Shown: positions 12,801 to 24,612, numbered from the stretch's first letter. The stretch is DNA of 64,000 nt from Blepharisma stoltei ATCC 30299 (GCA_965603825.1 CBFDEM010000018.1:806001-870000); one strand, 5' to 3'. The notes: a model not told the origin generated them from the letters alone. Numbers and translations are program-made.

Positions 12801-13347
12801 TTGCTTTTACATGTATAATGAGTTTGAAAAGCCTGTTGATTTTGACCCGCCAAATACAATGAACTTTAATTTCCCACTCCCATCCAAATACTTAGAATAC
12901 CCAAATCTAAATCTTGAAGAAGGAACTGAGCCTTTTTGTGATATTTGTGTTCATTGCAAGCTTGTTAAATCGTAGGCTCACATGTCATTTTGAGGGCCAT
13001 TATCAGAGTTTCCACCAAAAATATAGAGCATTGAATTATCAGAGTCAACCCAACACCCATGTGTAAACCGAGGGACTAACTTTAAAATTACGTGGAGAGT
13101 TCGCAGAAATTGGGACTAAATTTTGTCATATATTTGAAGTCAAATTAAACTCTCATACAGCGTTATACGTTGCAGAAATCCCTTGGTTGCCTCCAAAAAT
13201 TATAAAAGAATTATCAAGGGCGTAATAGTCTGCACATGAATATTGCCGATAGCTTGGAGGAGTATCAGTTGCAGGGAGCCTTGTAAAACTTAAAGCGACT
13301 GCATGATTTACGAGAAATAGAACGGTAAAAGTAACTGATTTTATCAT
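9840..13347 (-). CDS. Secretory-pathway membrane protein: signal peptide, many Kelch repeats, Cys-rich GCC2/GCC3-type repeats, ~3 TM helices (~1153 aa)
   Basis: Four track ORFs are joined by TGA readthrough and three tiny introns (13076-13091, 12796-12810, 10174-10188). Repeated FGG..ND.W..D Kelch motifs, CSPGTY..CIECSKGSY..CPKGSF repeats, and hydrophobic segments near the C-terminus. Confidence 0.85.
10174..10188 (-). other. 15-nt intron (GTAATTTTTATTTAG)
   Basis: GT-AG with A at position 10. Removal deletes an in-frame TAA and joins ...ITE/LPFTSDLKLQIW. Confidence 0.85.
12796..12810 (-). other. 15-nt intron (GTAAAAGCAATATAG)
   Basis: Removal deletes an in-frame TAA and restores the Kelch motif SLYIFDVQSATW. 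Confidence 0.85.
13076..13091 (-). other. 16-nt intron (GTAATTTTAAAGTTAG)
   Basis: GT-AG with A at position 11. It accounts exactly for the frame change between the signal-peptide exon and the Kelch exons (SPLPRFTHG). Confidence 0.85.
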
Positions 13348-13855
13348 TTATCAATTGTAAAAATTGATCCCAGAATTATAAAATAGGAGATTTCATAATG
13401 CGTTGAATTTTCTAATTTAATGAAAGTATTTATTTGAATTAAAACAACTTGAAAAATTTTAGTGAATTAAGTGATAAGATATAGTAAAATATCTTAGAGT
13501 AAATAAATTTATATAAGCTGAAGTTTTCATATTCTATTCTAGTATTTAATATTTTTATATTAATTATTAAATGTTAATAATCATTCTAATAAAAGCATCA
13601 CCATGACTAATTTAAATAAAATATAAATATTAAAATAATAATCGGCAAATCAAAGCTTAGCTCAATCCGAATCAATTATAAATAGAAAGATTAGAAACAA
13701 GCTATTTATGCATGCAAATTCTATGAAACTCTCTTCGATTACGTAAAGATATTTATTGATACCAATAATGACAATTTTTTCAGTTAGTTAGACTATTTAT
13801 TTTAAGAATTATCATTGAAATAAATGGTAGCTAATTAATATCATATCATTTTAAA

Positions 13856-15229
13856 TTATTTCTCATCTTTAATTGTCCGGGCCACCCAGTCAGATTTAGA
13901 CAGCACATAAGAAAGTATGCTAGCAGCCATGATTGTACCCAGAAGCATTGCATATCAAATCCCATAAATTCCATACCCAGCATGAAACCCAAGCACATAT
14001 CCTAACGGTATCGCGAAAATATAATATGACATGAATATTGCCAAAAAAGCTATTTTTTGTTGAGCAATCCCTTTCATAGCACCACAAAGTACTGCTTGTA
14101 AGCTGTCTATCATATTAAACAGCATCCCTGGTATAAGTAAAGCAGAAATCATCTCAGCAACTTCAGTATCATACGTATACAAATTTCCTATATACACTCT
14201 AAAAATAATAGCAATAATATTAAAAAACCCATTTATACACAGCACAAGAATTGCGGATGCTCATGAATATAATTTCGCTCTATATGACTCTTCGTTCCCA
14301 ACTAAATTTCCTACTACAGCACATGTTGAAATTCCAAGTCCAAGAGGGATCATGAATAAAAATGTTGTTGTCGTTGCAACACTGACATGAGCTGCTTGAG
14401 CCTTAGGACCCAAGAAGCTTGCTTCAAACTGTGTGATTTCAAAATTCAGCTGGTCAAAGATCATTGTCCCTGCAGATGGTAATGCATATTTCAAAAACTT
14501 AAAAATTTCAGGACCAAAGTTAGCAAAATCGCAATTTAAGCAGACTTTTCGATCTAAGTCAAAAATCCTGATAATAGATAACATAAAAAAGAAATTTGAA
14601 AAATAAGTAATTGCAGTCGCATAGCCGATTCCTCGCTCAGATAAATCAAAATGAACAGCAAATAGTCAGTCCCAAAAGATATGGAGAGTTGTGGTAGTGG
14701 CATTTACTGCTAATCCTGGCCAAAAATACCCTTGTGCTTGTAAAAATCTTCGATAGAAGTCAAAGCTTAAAAAGAACCAGAGTCCATAGAGCACCACTGA
14801 TAAATAATTATAGCTATAAACAGCAAGCTTTTCAGGGATCCCCATAAGCATCAAGACTTCAGTTGTGTATAAATATCCAATTGAAATAGGGATAAAGGCT
14901 ACTGATAAGACAAATAATCCTCTTTGGAGCCAAATCCCTACCATTGCGTATTGTTTATTTCCATGAGCTTGCGAGCATAGAGTATCAATTCCTCCAGCGA
15001 GTCCTCATCCTGCAGAAATTCCAATAAAATTCCCTCACATATTTCCGAGGCCAACTCCATCCAATTTTTCTAAATCAATATTTCCTATGAAAAACATATT
15101 GATAAGTTCCACTGTAAATTGAAGTATGAATGATAAAATTGAAGGCCATGCGAATTTTAACAGAGTCATTGCCGCAGATAAAAGTGTTTCTTTTTCAGCA
15201 TCAACTAGTGGTGTGCTTAAGCCATCCAT
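13856..15229 (-). CDS. MATE-family efflux transporter, ~457 aa
   Basis: Four same-frame ORFs linked by TGA. FAWPSILS, LDGVGLG, GIDTLCSQAHG, RFLQAQG, VGNLVG and DSLQAVLCGAMKG motifs. TAA at 13856-13858. Confidence 0.92.
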
Positions 15230-15497
15230 ATATAGGAATTTTATTTGATAGCATTTTGCTTTATCAATTTATTGCTAATATTATTTAAATATTCAAAATA
15301 GACTCTTATGAAAAAAATTACTGCTTATAATTTAAATAGGAAGTATTATATTTATCGATATATAAATTATAACTAATCTGAAGATAAAAGTATAAGAGAT
15401 TAGTAATTCAAAAAAAAACTAAAATGGCAAGAGACTGAATATTCAATAAAACACAAAAATTTATTAAGAATCAAAATTGTTAATTATTAGAGTAAAT

Positions 15498-17144
15498 ATG
15501 CACTTAACGCCTTCCTTTGTGTCTTCTGAGCACCGTTTACCGATTTTAAGTGAAAATATCGGAGAAGCTACCCCTCCTCAATCTAAAAACCAAACCCAAA
15601 CATTTACATTTCTTTCAACACATCAAAAGAGAGTCTTAACATCTCCCCCAAAACGGACATCAATTTTTGATACCGAAGAAACAGAATTTGGGAATTTAAA
15701 TAAATACCAAAATACACACAGAACCAATTCTTATAATTTCTTTGAAGAACCTATGGAAACTACACCAAAAAGCGACTTTATAGAGACCAAAAGAATTACC
15801 ACTGACTTCACCATAAAAGAAAAACCCTCTGAAGAGATTGACAGCCGACAAGACATAGAAAAGCAGTCACAAACAACTTACTCCCAAAAAGAAACAGCGC
15901 GTTTCAATGATGCAGAACAATCGAACCAGTTTTTCAAACAAATTTCGCCTCAGAATCCTGATCTTCCAAACTTGAAAAGCCCTGATGTTTATCTCACAAA
16001 CCTAATCAGGACTTTTAAGCACCAGAAATCGATCCCTTCTTCAATGATAGAAAACCTAACTCTTGAGGGCCGCAGAATTATCGTAGAAAAGCTTATCAGT
16101 GAGAAATTATCAATGCAAGAGCAGCTCATGGGGCAAGAAAGGAGGAGATTTTCAATAGTCTCACAAATTGATGAAGAATTCAGAGGAGCACTTTCAAGAC
16201 AGCCAGCGAGGCCTGCAAACCCTTCAATGCTGAAGCTATATGCATTAAGAGGTATCAGCAATGTTTCTCCTATTGAAAAAGATGAAAGCGAAATTGACAT
16301 TAACTCAAAAATCGCATCTCCATTAACCCCAAAAGACGAAATTAACTCTAAAAAGGTGGAAATACAGCTTAAAGAGTTCACACAGCTAGAAACAGAACTA
16401 GTGAGGCTTAGCCAAGAGCTTCAAGAACTGAAAAGCCATAATAATTTATTGCAGAATATTTTATCTTACACAAAAGAAAATGATTTTAAAGCAATTTCAG
16501 AAATCATCAAAAATAAAGTAAGCAGCTATGAACAGATGATTAAAAATCTCAATGAAGAGAGAATAATGCTAAAGACCAAACTAAGGATTGGAGATAGGAG
16601 TTTTGCACAATTAGATAAGAGAGAAGAATTAAATGCACTGTGAGATATTGTAGGAGTTGATAAAGATTGTGGGCTGAAGCCTTCAGAAATTGACACTATT
16701 AATAAGCTTATTGAATTGAGTGCTTCTGGACCTATGGGAAAATTTGATGACTATGTAAATGATCTGCTTTCTGGTCATGATATAGCAGAAATGGCAAGCT
16801 TATTAGTGAGATATATCAAATGTCTTGAAGAAGATGTTTGCATTGGGCTGAGAAAACAGCTTCTGGACTTGAGATTAACCAATTTAAGCCATGATTTAAA
16901 AGTCGAGCAGGCTTTTGATGAAAAAGGAACCTTTGAGCAGCAATTTCAACTTATCAAAGAAAAAATGGACTCTATTAACTACAGGCACTCAAGAGTGAAC
17001 AAAGAAAAGCAAATTCAATTGAGAGAGCAAGACAGCAAGCTGAAAAGATCGAAATGGATCATTCCTGATAAATGGGCAGGCTTATCCCCAACTGAGCTTT
17101 ATTCAAAATCAATTAAAAAGAACTGTAAATTAAAAATTAGCTAA
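15498..17144 (+). CDS. Uncharacterised coiled-coil protein, ~548 aa
   Basis: ORFs 15477-16643 and 16716-17144 are in frame across one TGA. First ATG at 15498. S/T/P-rich N-terminus and heptad-rich C-terminus. Confidence 0.75.
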
Positions 17145-18440
17145 TTAATCGCTTTCATTGCCATCTCCACTTAGCCATCTTATTTTATTTCCATCACGCC
17201 ATTCTCCTTTCCTTGTTCTGTATTCCTTCAGCTTTTTGCTATAAAAGGTATAGGTTCCAACTCCATGTTGTTTCCCATCTTTCCATTCTCCATCATACAC
17301 TCTTCCATCAGGCCATACAAATTTACCATGCCCATGCTTTAGATCTTTTTTGTATTGTCCTGAGTATTCTCTGCCATCTGCCCATTTGAAGTCACCAATT
17401 CCGTGCATTTTACCATTTTTCCATTCTCCTGTATATGTTTTATGATCAGCCCATATATAAGTTCCAGTGCCTTCAATGTTATTAGCTTTAAAGTCACCTT
17501 CATATTGGCTGCCATCAGCCCATTTGAAGAGCCCTTTTCCTTCTTTCATCCCATTTCTGTAGTCTCCTTCATAAACAGAGCCATCTGGGTATTCTTCTCT
17601 TCCATGGCCATGCTGTTCATCATTTTTGAATGCGCCTTCATATTTAGCACCATCTTCATGGACATAAATGCCATGCCCATTAGCTCTGTCGTTTTTGAAA
17701 TCTCCTTGGTATAAGTCATAGTTCACGTGGATTAGGCGGCCTTTTCCTTCTTTTTTGTTATTGGCGAAGTATCCAATGTACTTGGAGCCATCATCATTAA
17801 TTTCGACTCCACGGCCATGCTTTTGGTTATTGGCATTCCATTCGCCTTCATAAATAGTGCCGTTAGTTAGCTTCAGAGCTGGCTTTTTCTCAACAGCTAC
17901 ACCATCCTTTAAAGGTTTGCTGATATCGAATGGTCCCAGCTCCTTTTCTAGAGCGTCCACAGATGAAGCTTGGAGTTGTGTCATACTTGCATTTAACTGC
18001 TCATATAAATCTTCAGGATTTGGGTAGCTTTCACGAGTCACGTGCTTTGCAGACTCTGGCTCAGGACTCTTGGGCTTTTTGGTTTTCTTTGCTTCCTTTT
18101 CAACTGTAGGCTCAGACTCTTTATTTTTGCTTGGCTTTTCCTTTTTAGGTTCGCCAAGAGTCACTTTCAAATCTTGAACTGCTTGAAGGGATTCTCTTTC
18201 TTTTTGAATTTCTTTGCGGGCAATATAGCCCCTTGCTGCACTTTGAATGGCTGAATCATTATTGACATCGAGTTTTGCATCAAAATTAATTTGGACAAGT
18301 CCAGTGTCAGTTGTTGGCTGGATATCTACTCCAGCTTCTTGTTTAGTATAAGGGACTTTGTTTCTACTCATGTCCATCTCTTTGATATTGTTTGCACCTT
18401 GAGGTTCTTCAGTCCTCAAACATGAACAATCTGCACCCAT
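17145..18440 (-). CDS. MORN-repeat protein with IQ-like motif and N-terminal acylation signal
   Basis: ATG at 18440 (MGADCSC, myristoyl/palmitoyl-type); IQSAARGYIARK; ~9 YxGxW/F..GK.HG.G MORN repeats. Confidence 0.92.
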   Translation of the reverse strand: MGADCSCLRTEEPQGANNIKEMDMSRNKVPYTKQEAGVDIQPTTDTGLVQINFDAKLDVNNDSAIQSAARGYIARKEIQKERESLQAVQDLKVTLGEPKKEKPSKNKESEPTVEKEAKKTKKPKSPEPESAKHVTRESYPNPEDLYEQLNASMTQLQASSVDALEKELGPFDISKPLKDGVAVEKKPALKLTNGTIYEGEWNANNQKHGRGVEINDDGSKYIGYFANNKKEGKGRLIHVNYDLYQGDFKNDRANGHGIYVHEDGAKYEGAFKNDEQHGHGREEYPDGSVYEGDYRNGMKEGKGLFKWADGSQYEGDFKANNIEGTGTYIWADHKTYTGEWKNGKMHGIGDFKWADGREYSGQYKKDLKHGHGKFVWPDGRVYDGEWKDGKQHGVGTYTFYSKKLKEYRTRKGEWRDGNKIRWLSGDGNESD

Positions 18441-19128
18441 TAAAAATAATTTAATAGCCAAATTAAAATTCAAATTTTATTTGCCCTAAAGTGTCAGAAA
18501 TTTGAAACGGAGCCATGATTTTGAATTTAAACCAAGAGTTTTTGAATTTTGATTTGCTACAGATGATAGGAAAACGAGAATATTTGAATTAAGTTGTGAT
18601 GAAGTATAATTTATTCAAAGTATTTTAACTAATTAATTATAGAGAAAAATAGGCAGCTTGGCTTTCAATTCTTAGGATAATATCAGATTTTTATTTTAAA
18701 CAGCTATTTCGTTTTTGAGCTTTTAAAACAATTTTTAAATGCCTCAATTTTTGTTAAACTTTGGCTTGCTAATTATTTTTATTTTTTGACTTTTTCAAAA
18801 CTAGAGTAAGTGTTTTAAAAATTGCTTTGGAAATAGTATAAATCTGATACCTATTTGAATTTATTTCTAGTTTTTTTGATTGATTTTATTCTTCATTTCT
18901 TGAATTTAACTTCTGCTATTCTCACCTTAATATTTAAGACACTTTGTCTTTAAATTTATTATATTTTATTAGTGATTTAATATTAAATTTTATTTCAATT
19001 TATGAAATCAAAAAATAAGATGATAACTTCTATTTTCAAAATAAAGCCTATTAATTTAGCCCATTATTCACTTTATTACGGATTCCGTAGCTATTAAAAT
19101 GCATATATTTTAAAATGGAAAATATATA

Positions 19129-22100
19129 TTAAATTAAAGCTGATAAATTGACGACATTGCTAGATGCAAATCTCCTTCTCCTATAAAATAATATGTAAGC
19201 TCTTGGTGTTATTAATTCTTCTTCAAGGTCTCCAGTAACTTCATATACTTTGTCATCATCATAGAAGAGTCAAGTTTTGTTATTAGCGAGGCAGTAACTG
19301 GTATAATGGCCACTTCCAAGGTTTCCTGAATGATTCACAACTGCAAAAAGATCATATAGGCAATTCTCCCTTGTTGTACTCACTGTGTTTCCTGAAGTTT
19401 TTTCAGAGCTGATCATCCAAGAGCTGATATCAAGATCTTGCAGAGGAAAAGTAACTTTATAGTTAATTTTTGCAAGCTGACCATTTAGAAAGCTGAAGCG
19501 CTTTAAATGAATGATCAAGATATCAGGGACTCTCCAAATTTCCATCTGGGTTGTAAATTTTGGGTAATTGCAGTGGCCGCATTCAATATCAAGTGTTTCA
19601 AGCTTAGTGTATTCTTCTAAGCATTGATAAATTGTATATGAGTCAATATCTTCTCCTTCAAATGGAACATATTCTCTGTTCCAATACGGATTCTTTCATC
19701 TAAGGCACAATGCAATTTTACTTGAGTTTTCCATCATTCATGTGATTTTTTCATTTGAGTCTGGGATTGGGCATCCATAGCAATCTTCGTCTCCACATAA
19801 TGCGCAATCATAAGTTTTTGTATTAAGAAGAGAAATATATACATAATCTTCAAAATCACTTTGCTTTGTAATTGTTTGCCATTTGGAAATTATTAAAATT
19901 TTTAATTTTTTTCAAGTGTACCAATTCCCAAGTGAAAGAATCTGCGGGACTCCAAAGAAAGTTTTGGAGTGTCTATATTTTTTCATATGGTATAAGCATA
20001 TATAGAATATAGAATCTTCATTTGTAGTGTGTTTTCGGTGTGGAGCCAAGTTTCTATCATTTGAATGTGAGGAAATTGCTTTTAATGAGTCATTTTCAAT
20101 TTCAATTTTTATATAGTCAGAAGAAATCTTTACAATTTCTCCTTCAATCCATCCTAAATCGCTCACCATATAGTCAACCATTTGTCCTTTCTTCAAATTA
20201 TTTCTTCACTCTTTACTTGGTTTGTGCTTTAATGTAGGAATTCCATCATTTTCAACCTCTTGTATACTAGATAGAATTTCATATACAAAAAGATCATATC
20301 TTCTCTTTAGGCACTCTTTCACTGTGACTGGGTTAAAAATTTTAACAATGATGCTTTCTTGAACCCAAGCAAATAGCAAATTATTTAACGGAACTCGAAC
20401 TCTTGATTGAAACCTTTCAAGCAAAGTTTCTAAAGTGTCTGTTGAAGAAACTCTAAATCTGAATTTTTGAAAGTCTTTTGCTGATCTAGGAATAAAACTG
20501 ACTACCAGTTGAAACTCATCTTGGCTCAATGGGATTGGGACGCTCAAGTCCATGAAATGCTCGAAAATCACTCTTTTGCTTTCGCAATTTGGACAGATCA
20601 AACACCTTCTTGTCTGTCCTCCGCAGAGATCAAAAATAACGCTACCCCATGACCCTTGCAAGGATTCCCATTGCTCTTTACTCTTTGCTCTTTCAGTTGG
20701 GACGTCAGGGTCGTCTAATGTAATTTGCATAGAACTTTGACCAACTGAAGATTTCGGCCTTCTATTTAAATCTTCATGCAAGCATTGCAATAGCATACTC
20801 AAGCATTCGTGACTGTCCTGCTGATCGTTGCCTTGAAATTCTGTTTTTACCTTTGCAAATTCTTCTAAAATTTTTTTTGGAGTTGAAGCTTCATATTTAT
20901 CACTTTTCATTTCCCTTAGTAAAATCCCCATCTCTTTTGCAATCTTCCCATGAGATCCTTCTGGGTTATTGGTGTTAATAAATTCCATATATGATTCACT
21001 TGCAAAAAAATTACTCAGCAAAGGGGTGTTAGCAAGACATTGCAAAACTGCACTAAGATAGCAAGTATTTCCTATGTTTAAAAGTCCAGTTGCTCCTGAG
21101 ATCTCCTCATTCGTTATAGGAAATCTTGCAGGTTTTCTTAATAAATGTGTTTCAGATTTCAAAATTTTAATAGAAAGTTTCAGCCAGGCTCCACCAATTA
21201 TGTATTCCCTTTCTGTAACTTCTTTGATATATCCAGGATTCCAGCTTTCTTCATTCATAAATTCTATATGGTCACCTTCTTTATACTCATCAATAATAAT
21301 ATTATCAAAGCCATTATTCTTTTCACCTTCTGTTTCTCTTTCAAACCTACAAACGCAAGAGCCCGCTATGCTAGACTCTTCAAGAGTAGAGCAAGGATCC
21401 AAAAGTTGTACAGCTTTATCTTTTATTAAATAAAGCTTGAACTCTCCTTCTAGTTTCTTCATCTTCATGATGGCACTGATAACGTCTTTGATTTTCTTTT
21501 TCTTTGAAAGAGTCAGGCAAAGTGGATCTTTCGAGAAAGATCCGTGCTTATTTTGTACATGAATTTTCAGCAAAGGTAAGTCCACTTCAATAACAGGAAC
21601 TCCATTCTCAAGAATGACTTCTCTTGAAAATTCAGGCCCTCCGCCATATCAACTTACCAGTTCTTTTCATGCCTTTTCTGGTATTAATTCATAATCTGAT
21701 CCCAATTGATGCATTTCATCAATAACTAGCTCTGAATCCTCACTTTGTATTTCACTATTAGTAATTTCAATAGGTCTCATTCCATGCATAACAGACTTTG
21801 ACCTAAACTTCGCAAATGCAGCCTGAGGGTTACTTTCATCGATTTTTTCATCTCCAAAATAAAAATCCACATATTTTTTCCATGCCTCAAACCATTTCAA
21901 CGAAATCACATTTCATTTGTCACCTACCCTTAATCCAGCTTTTTGTGATTCCAATAAAATTTTTTTAATTATTTCTTTTTCGCTCAATGCAGAAGGAATG
22001 ATTTCAAAAGGCTGTAATAGCTTATGCAATTCCAGATTTTCAATTGCCCAATCCTTGAATTCATTAAATTGTAATGGCTTTCCTTGCTGAATATGCTTTT

Positions 22101-22563
22101 CAATGAATTCATCATTATCCAGAGATCCTCCAAAGTGCCGAATTGCGTCTTCACAGTACCTTGAAAAGCTGGCTAAATGTTTCCCTTTTAATTCTCCTTC
22201 ATTTTCTATGTCAAAGACTTTGAAAACAAACTCGCATTTATCTTGCCTTCTTCCTAAAATAGATTTCGACATTGTAACGCAAAAATCTTTTCATGAAATT
22301 TTGCCAGTCCCGTGAATGTCAAATAAATAAAAGGCTGATTTAATGGCAGATTGAGGAAGCTGGTTTATTTGAGGCATCATTTGCTGGAAGTTTTCAAAAT
22401 CAAGGCCACCTGATATTTGATATCGTCTGAATTTTTCCTGAAGCAAGTTCACTTGTTCTGAGCCGAGTCTATCAAGCAAAGAGTTTAGCTCGCCTGCATT
22501 GGATAGAGTCAAAATGTTCGAGCTTGAAGCCCTTTTCCTAGTTCCTGTGCAAGAGTTTCCCAT
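19129..22563 (-). CDS. USP32/USP15-like ubiquitin-specific protease (EF-hand-like, DUSP, UBL-like, split USP domain), ~1144 aa
   Basis: Six same-frame ORFs joined by TGA. MGNSC start; FYLFDIHGTGKISW EF-hand; ISLKWFEAWKKYV DUSP; Cys box GLLNIGNTCYLSAVLQCL; QQDSHE; His box YDLFAVVNHSGNLGSGHY; W(TGA)LFYDD. Confidence 0.9.
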
Positions 22564-23278
22564 CAGTTTATTTAAATATGGGTTAGAAATTCTGACTATT
22601 AATTATTAGCTTATATATTATATATCTTTTTTAATTACCTTTCTTATGATTTGGAACTGCATTATGCCTGAAGAAATAAGGTTTTAGTTAGAGCAGAGTG
22701 TATTAGTTGCTAATAATCCTGGATAAATTGTTATGAGTAGCAGGTACTAAATATACAGACAGTGTGGCCGCTAAAGTAACTTTAAAAAAATTGGAAGAGA
22801 TCCCTACTAATGAAGAGGGTCTTAGAATTTAAATGAATTATTGAAATTAAATCTTTAAAAAATAGATAAAATGATTAATTCTTTATGAAATGGTTATTTT
22901 TCTGCGTTTATATGAAAACACCTAATAATTTCAACTACCCTTTCTTAAAGAGTAAGGCTTTGCTCGAAAATGCTGGCTAATAGTATCAATTTTTTGTTAT
23001 TCTTCTCAGAGCATCTCTTACGCAGACTATAAAATGCTTTAGAAGGTTATCCTATTGTCTTTTAGCATATCTCCTTGCTATTCTGAATCCTCTGCTTACA
23101 TTCCCCTATTTATTTTATGACTTTTAGCCTAATTCTTCCAAACGCATCTCAAAACTCCATTATTATTATTTACTTTTTTAAAGAGTGAAGCTTTTATTAA
23201 TATTGAGAATGGCAATCTTCTGTAATAAAAATCAAAATAAAACGCTATAAACTCATTTTTTAATAAAACGAGGATGAA

Positions 23279-23635
23279 TTAGTCTTCTTTTTCATCTATG
23301 ATATATGGAGTATACCCAGAAATTCTTCCAACTATGATATCTATATCTTCTGGCTCAATTCCAATTTCATCTAAAGTCTGCCGCAAGTAAGTGACAAACC
23401 TTGTCATCTGATCTTGCGTAATTCCTCTATCTTGATGAGCATATCTAATAACCTCTTCATAGTTATCTTCAGCGTAGCCTAAGCCTGCTTTTAAAATAGC
23501 AAAATTAATCATTTGCACTTCATTCGGACCTCTTCTTTCAAAATACGGCCGGAGCATTGCGTCTGAGCGTAATTTCTCGTGGAGCAAAACAATTGCATGG
23601 TTCCAGAACTCACTGCTACCATAACGATACAGCAT
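23279..23635 (-). CDS. Truncated (2/2) hemoglobin, group I-like, 118 aa
   Basis: ATG at 23635. D..L.PYF (CD1 Phe), LKAGLG, AH (proximal F8 His), GITQDQM..F..YL..TL...GI follow the trHbN pattern. Confidence 0.75.
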   Translation of the reverse strand: MLYRYGSSEFWNHAIVLLHEKLRSDAMLRPYFERRGPNEVQMINFAILKAGLGYAEDNYEEVIRYAHQDRGITQDQMTRFVTYLRQTLDEIGIEPEDIDIIVGRISGYTPYIIDEKED

Positions 23636-23769
23636 TTTTGAAAAAATATAGCTTAAACTCACAAATAATACAGTAAAGAAACGAATTTAATCTTTTTCCT
23701 TTATATATAAATATAGACCTTGCCAATTCATATCTTCTCAGTTAAGAATTTAATGAAAGATATAAACAA

Positions 23770-24612
23770 ATGGAAAGAGATGAATTGGACCAAATCTTCA
23801 TTGATATGATGCTTGGTAAGAATTACTCAGAAGTCGAGCAAAACTACGAGCCTTTATCGAAGCATGAAAAAGTTCGTATTGAGCAATGGGTGAAATTTAA
23901 ATAGTCAAAAAAACTTTGCCAAGTAACTTCAAATTCCATTTGGAAAAAGAATAGAAATAAATACGCAAAATGCTTACTCGATATGGTTAAGCTAGGAAAC
24001 CTCCAAGAGCCTTTTTCCAAAATTCCTCCAGAAGGGCCTTTACCCCAATTTCAAGCCCCAACAATTGCTCCAAAGCAGATTTCAAAGCCTAAGCCTCAGA
24101 AAATCCAAGTAGAAGTTTCAGAGCCTGTGAAACTGCCACCAAGGCCTTCATCAGCAAGAGGCGAAACCCAACACATTTCACCAGCTCATGAAAAATATGC
24201 CCCAATTGAGACTAAACTGACAATCACAAATAATCGACCTACAGAAGAAACAATGCGATTGAGAGCCCAACTTGAAATATGCCAATTAAACGAAAAACAT
24301 TTAAAAGAGGAACTTATGGTAAGAGATAGTTAGAAAAAGTCTAAAACAATATCAGATCAAAATCAAGTTATTGAAGAGCTGAAAAGAGAAGTCGAATTTT
24401 TAAGGACTAAGCTGGACACAGCGAAGAATTTTAGAAATTATTTGTATGAGGCACAAGAAGCTGCTAGCAATAGTCCTATTCCTGAGATAGAAATTGAAGA
24501 GCCTGAATTTTCTCAAGATAGAGAGGAACTTACATTGGAAAATATATCTGATAATATAAGAAGGCTAGAAAAGCTGCAAGAAGAGTTAGGTAGAGGAGAG
24601 AAATATTATTAA
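23770..24612 (+). CDS. DUF4485 (CEP112 N-terminal-like) domain coiled-coil protein
   Basis: ATG at 23770. After removing the 15-nt introns 23890-23904 and 24319-24333 it reads RIEQWSKKLCQV..IWKKNRNKYAKCLLDM..G.LQEPFSKIPPEGPLP. TAA at 24610-24612. Confidence 0.8.
23890..23904 (+). other. 15-nt intron (GTGAAATTTAAATAG)
   Basis: GT-AG with A at position 10. Removal deletes an in-frame TAG inside the conserved EQW/SKKLC motif. Confidence 0.85.
24319..24333 (+). other. 15-nt intron (GTAAGAGATAGTTAG)
   Basis: GT-AG with A at position 10. Removal deletes an in-frame TAG, and the coiled-coil frame continues to 24612. Confidence 0.82.
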
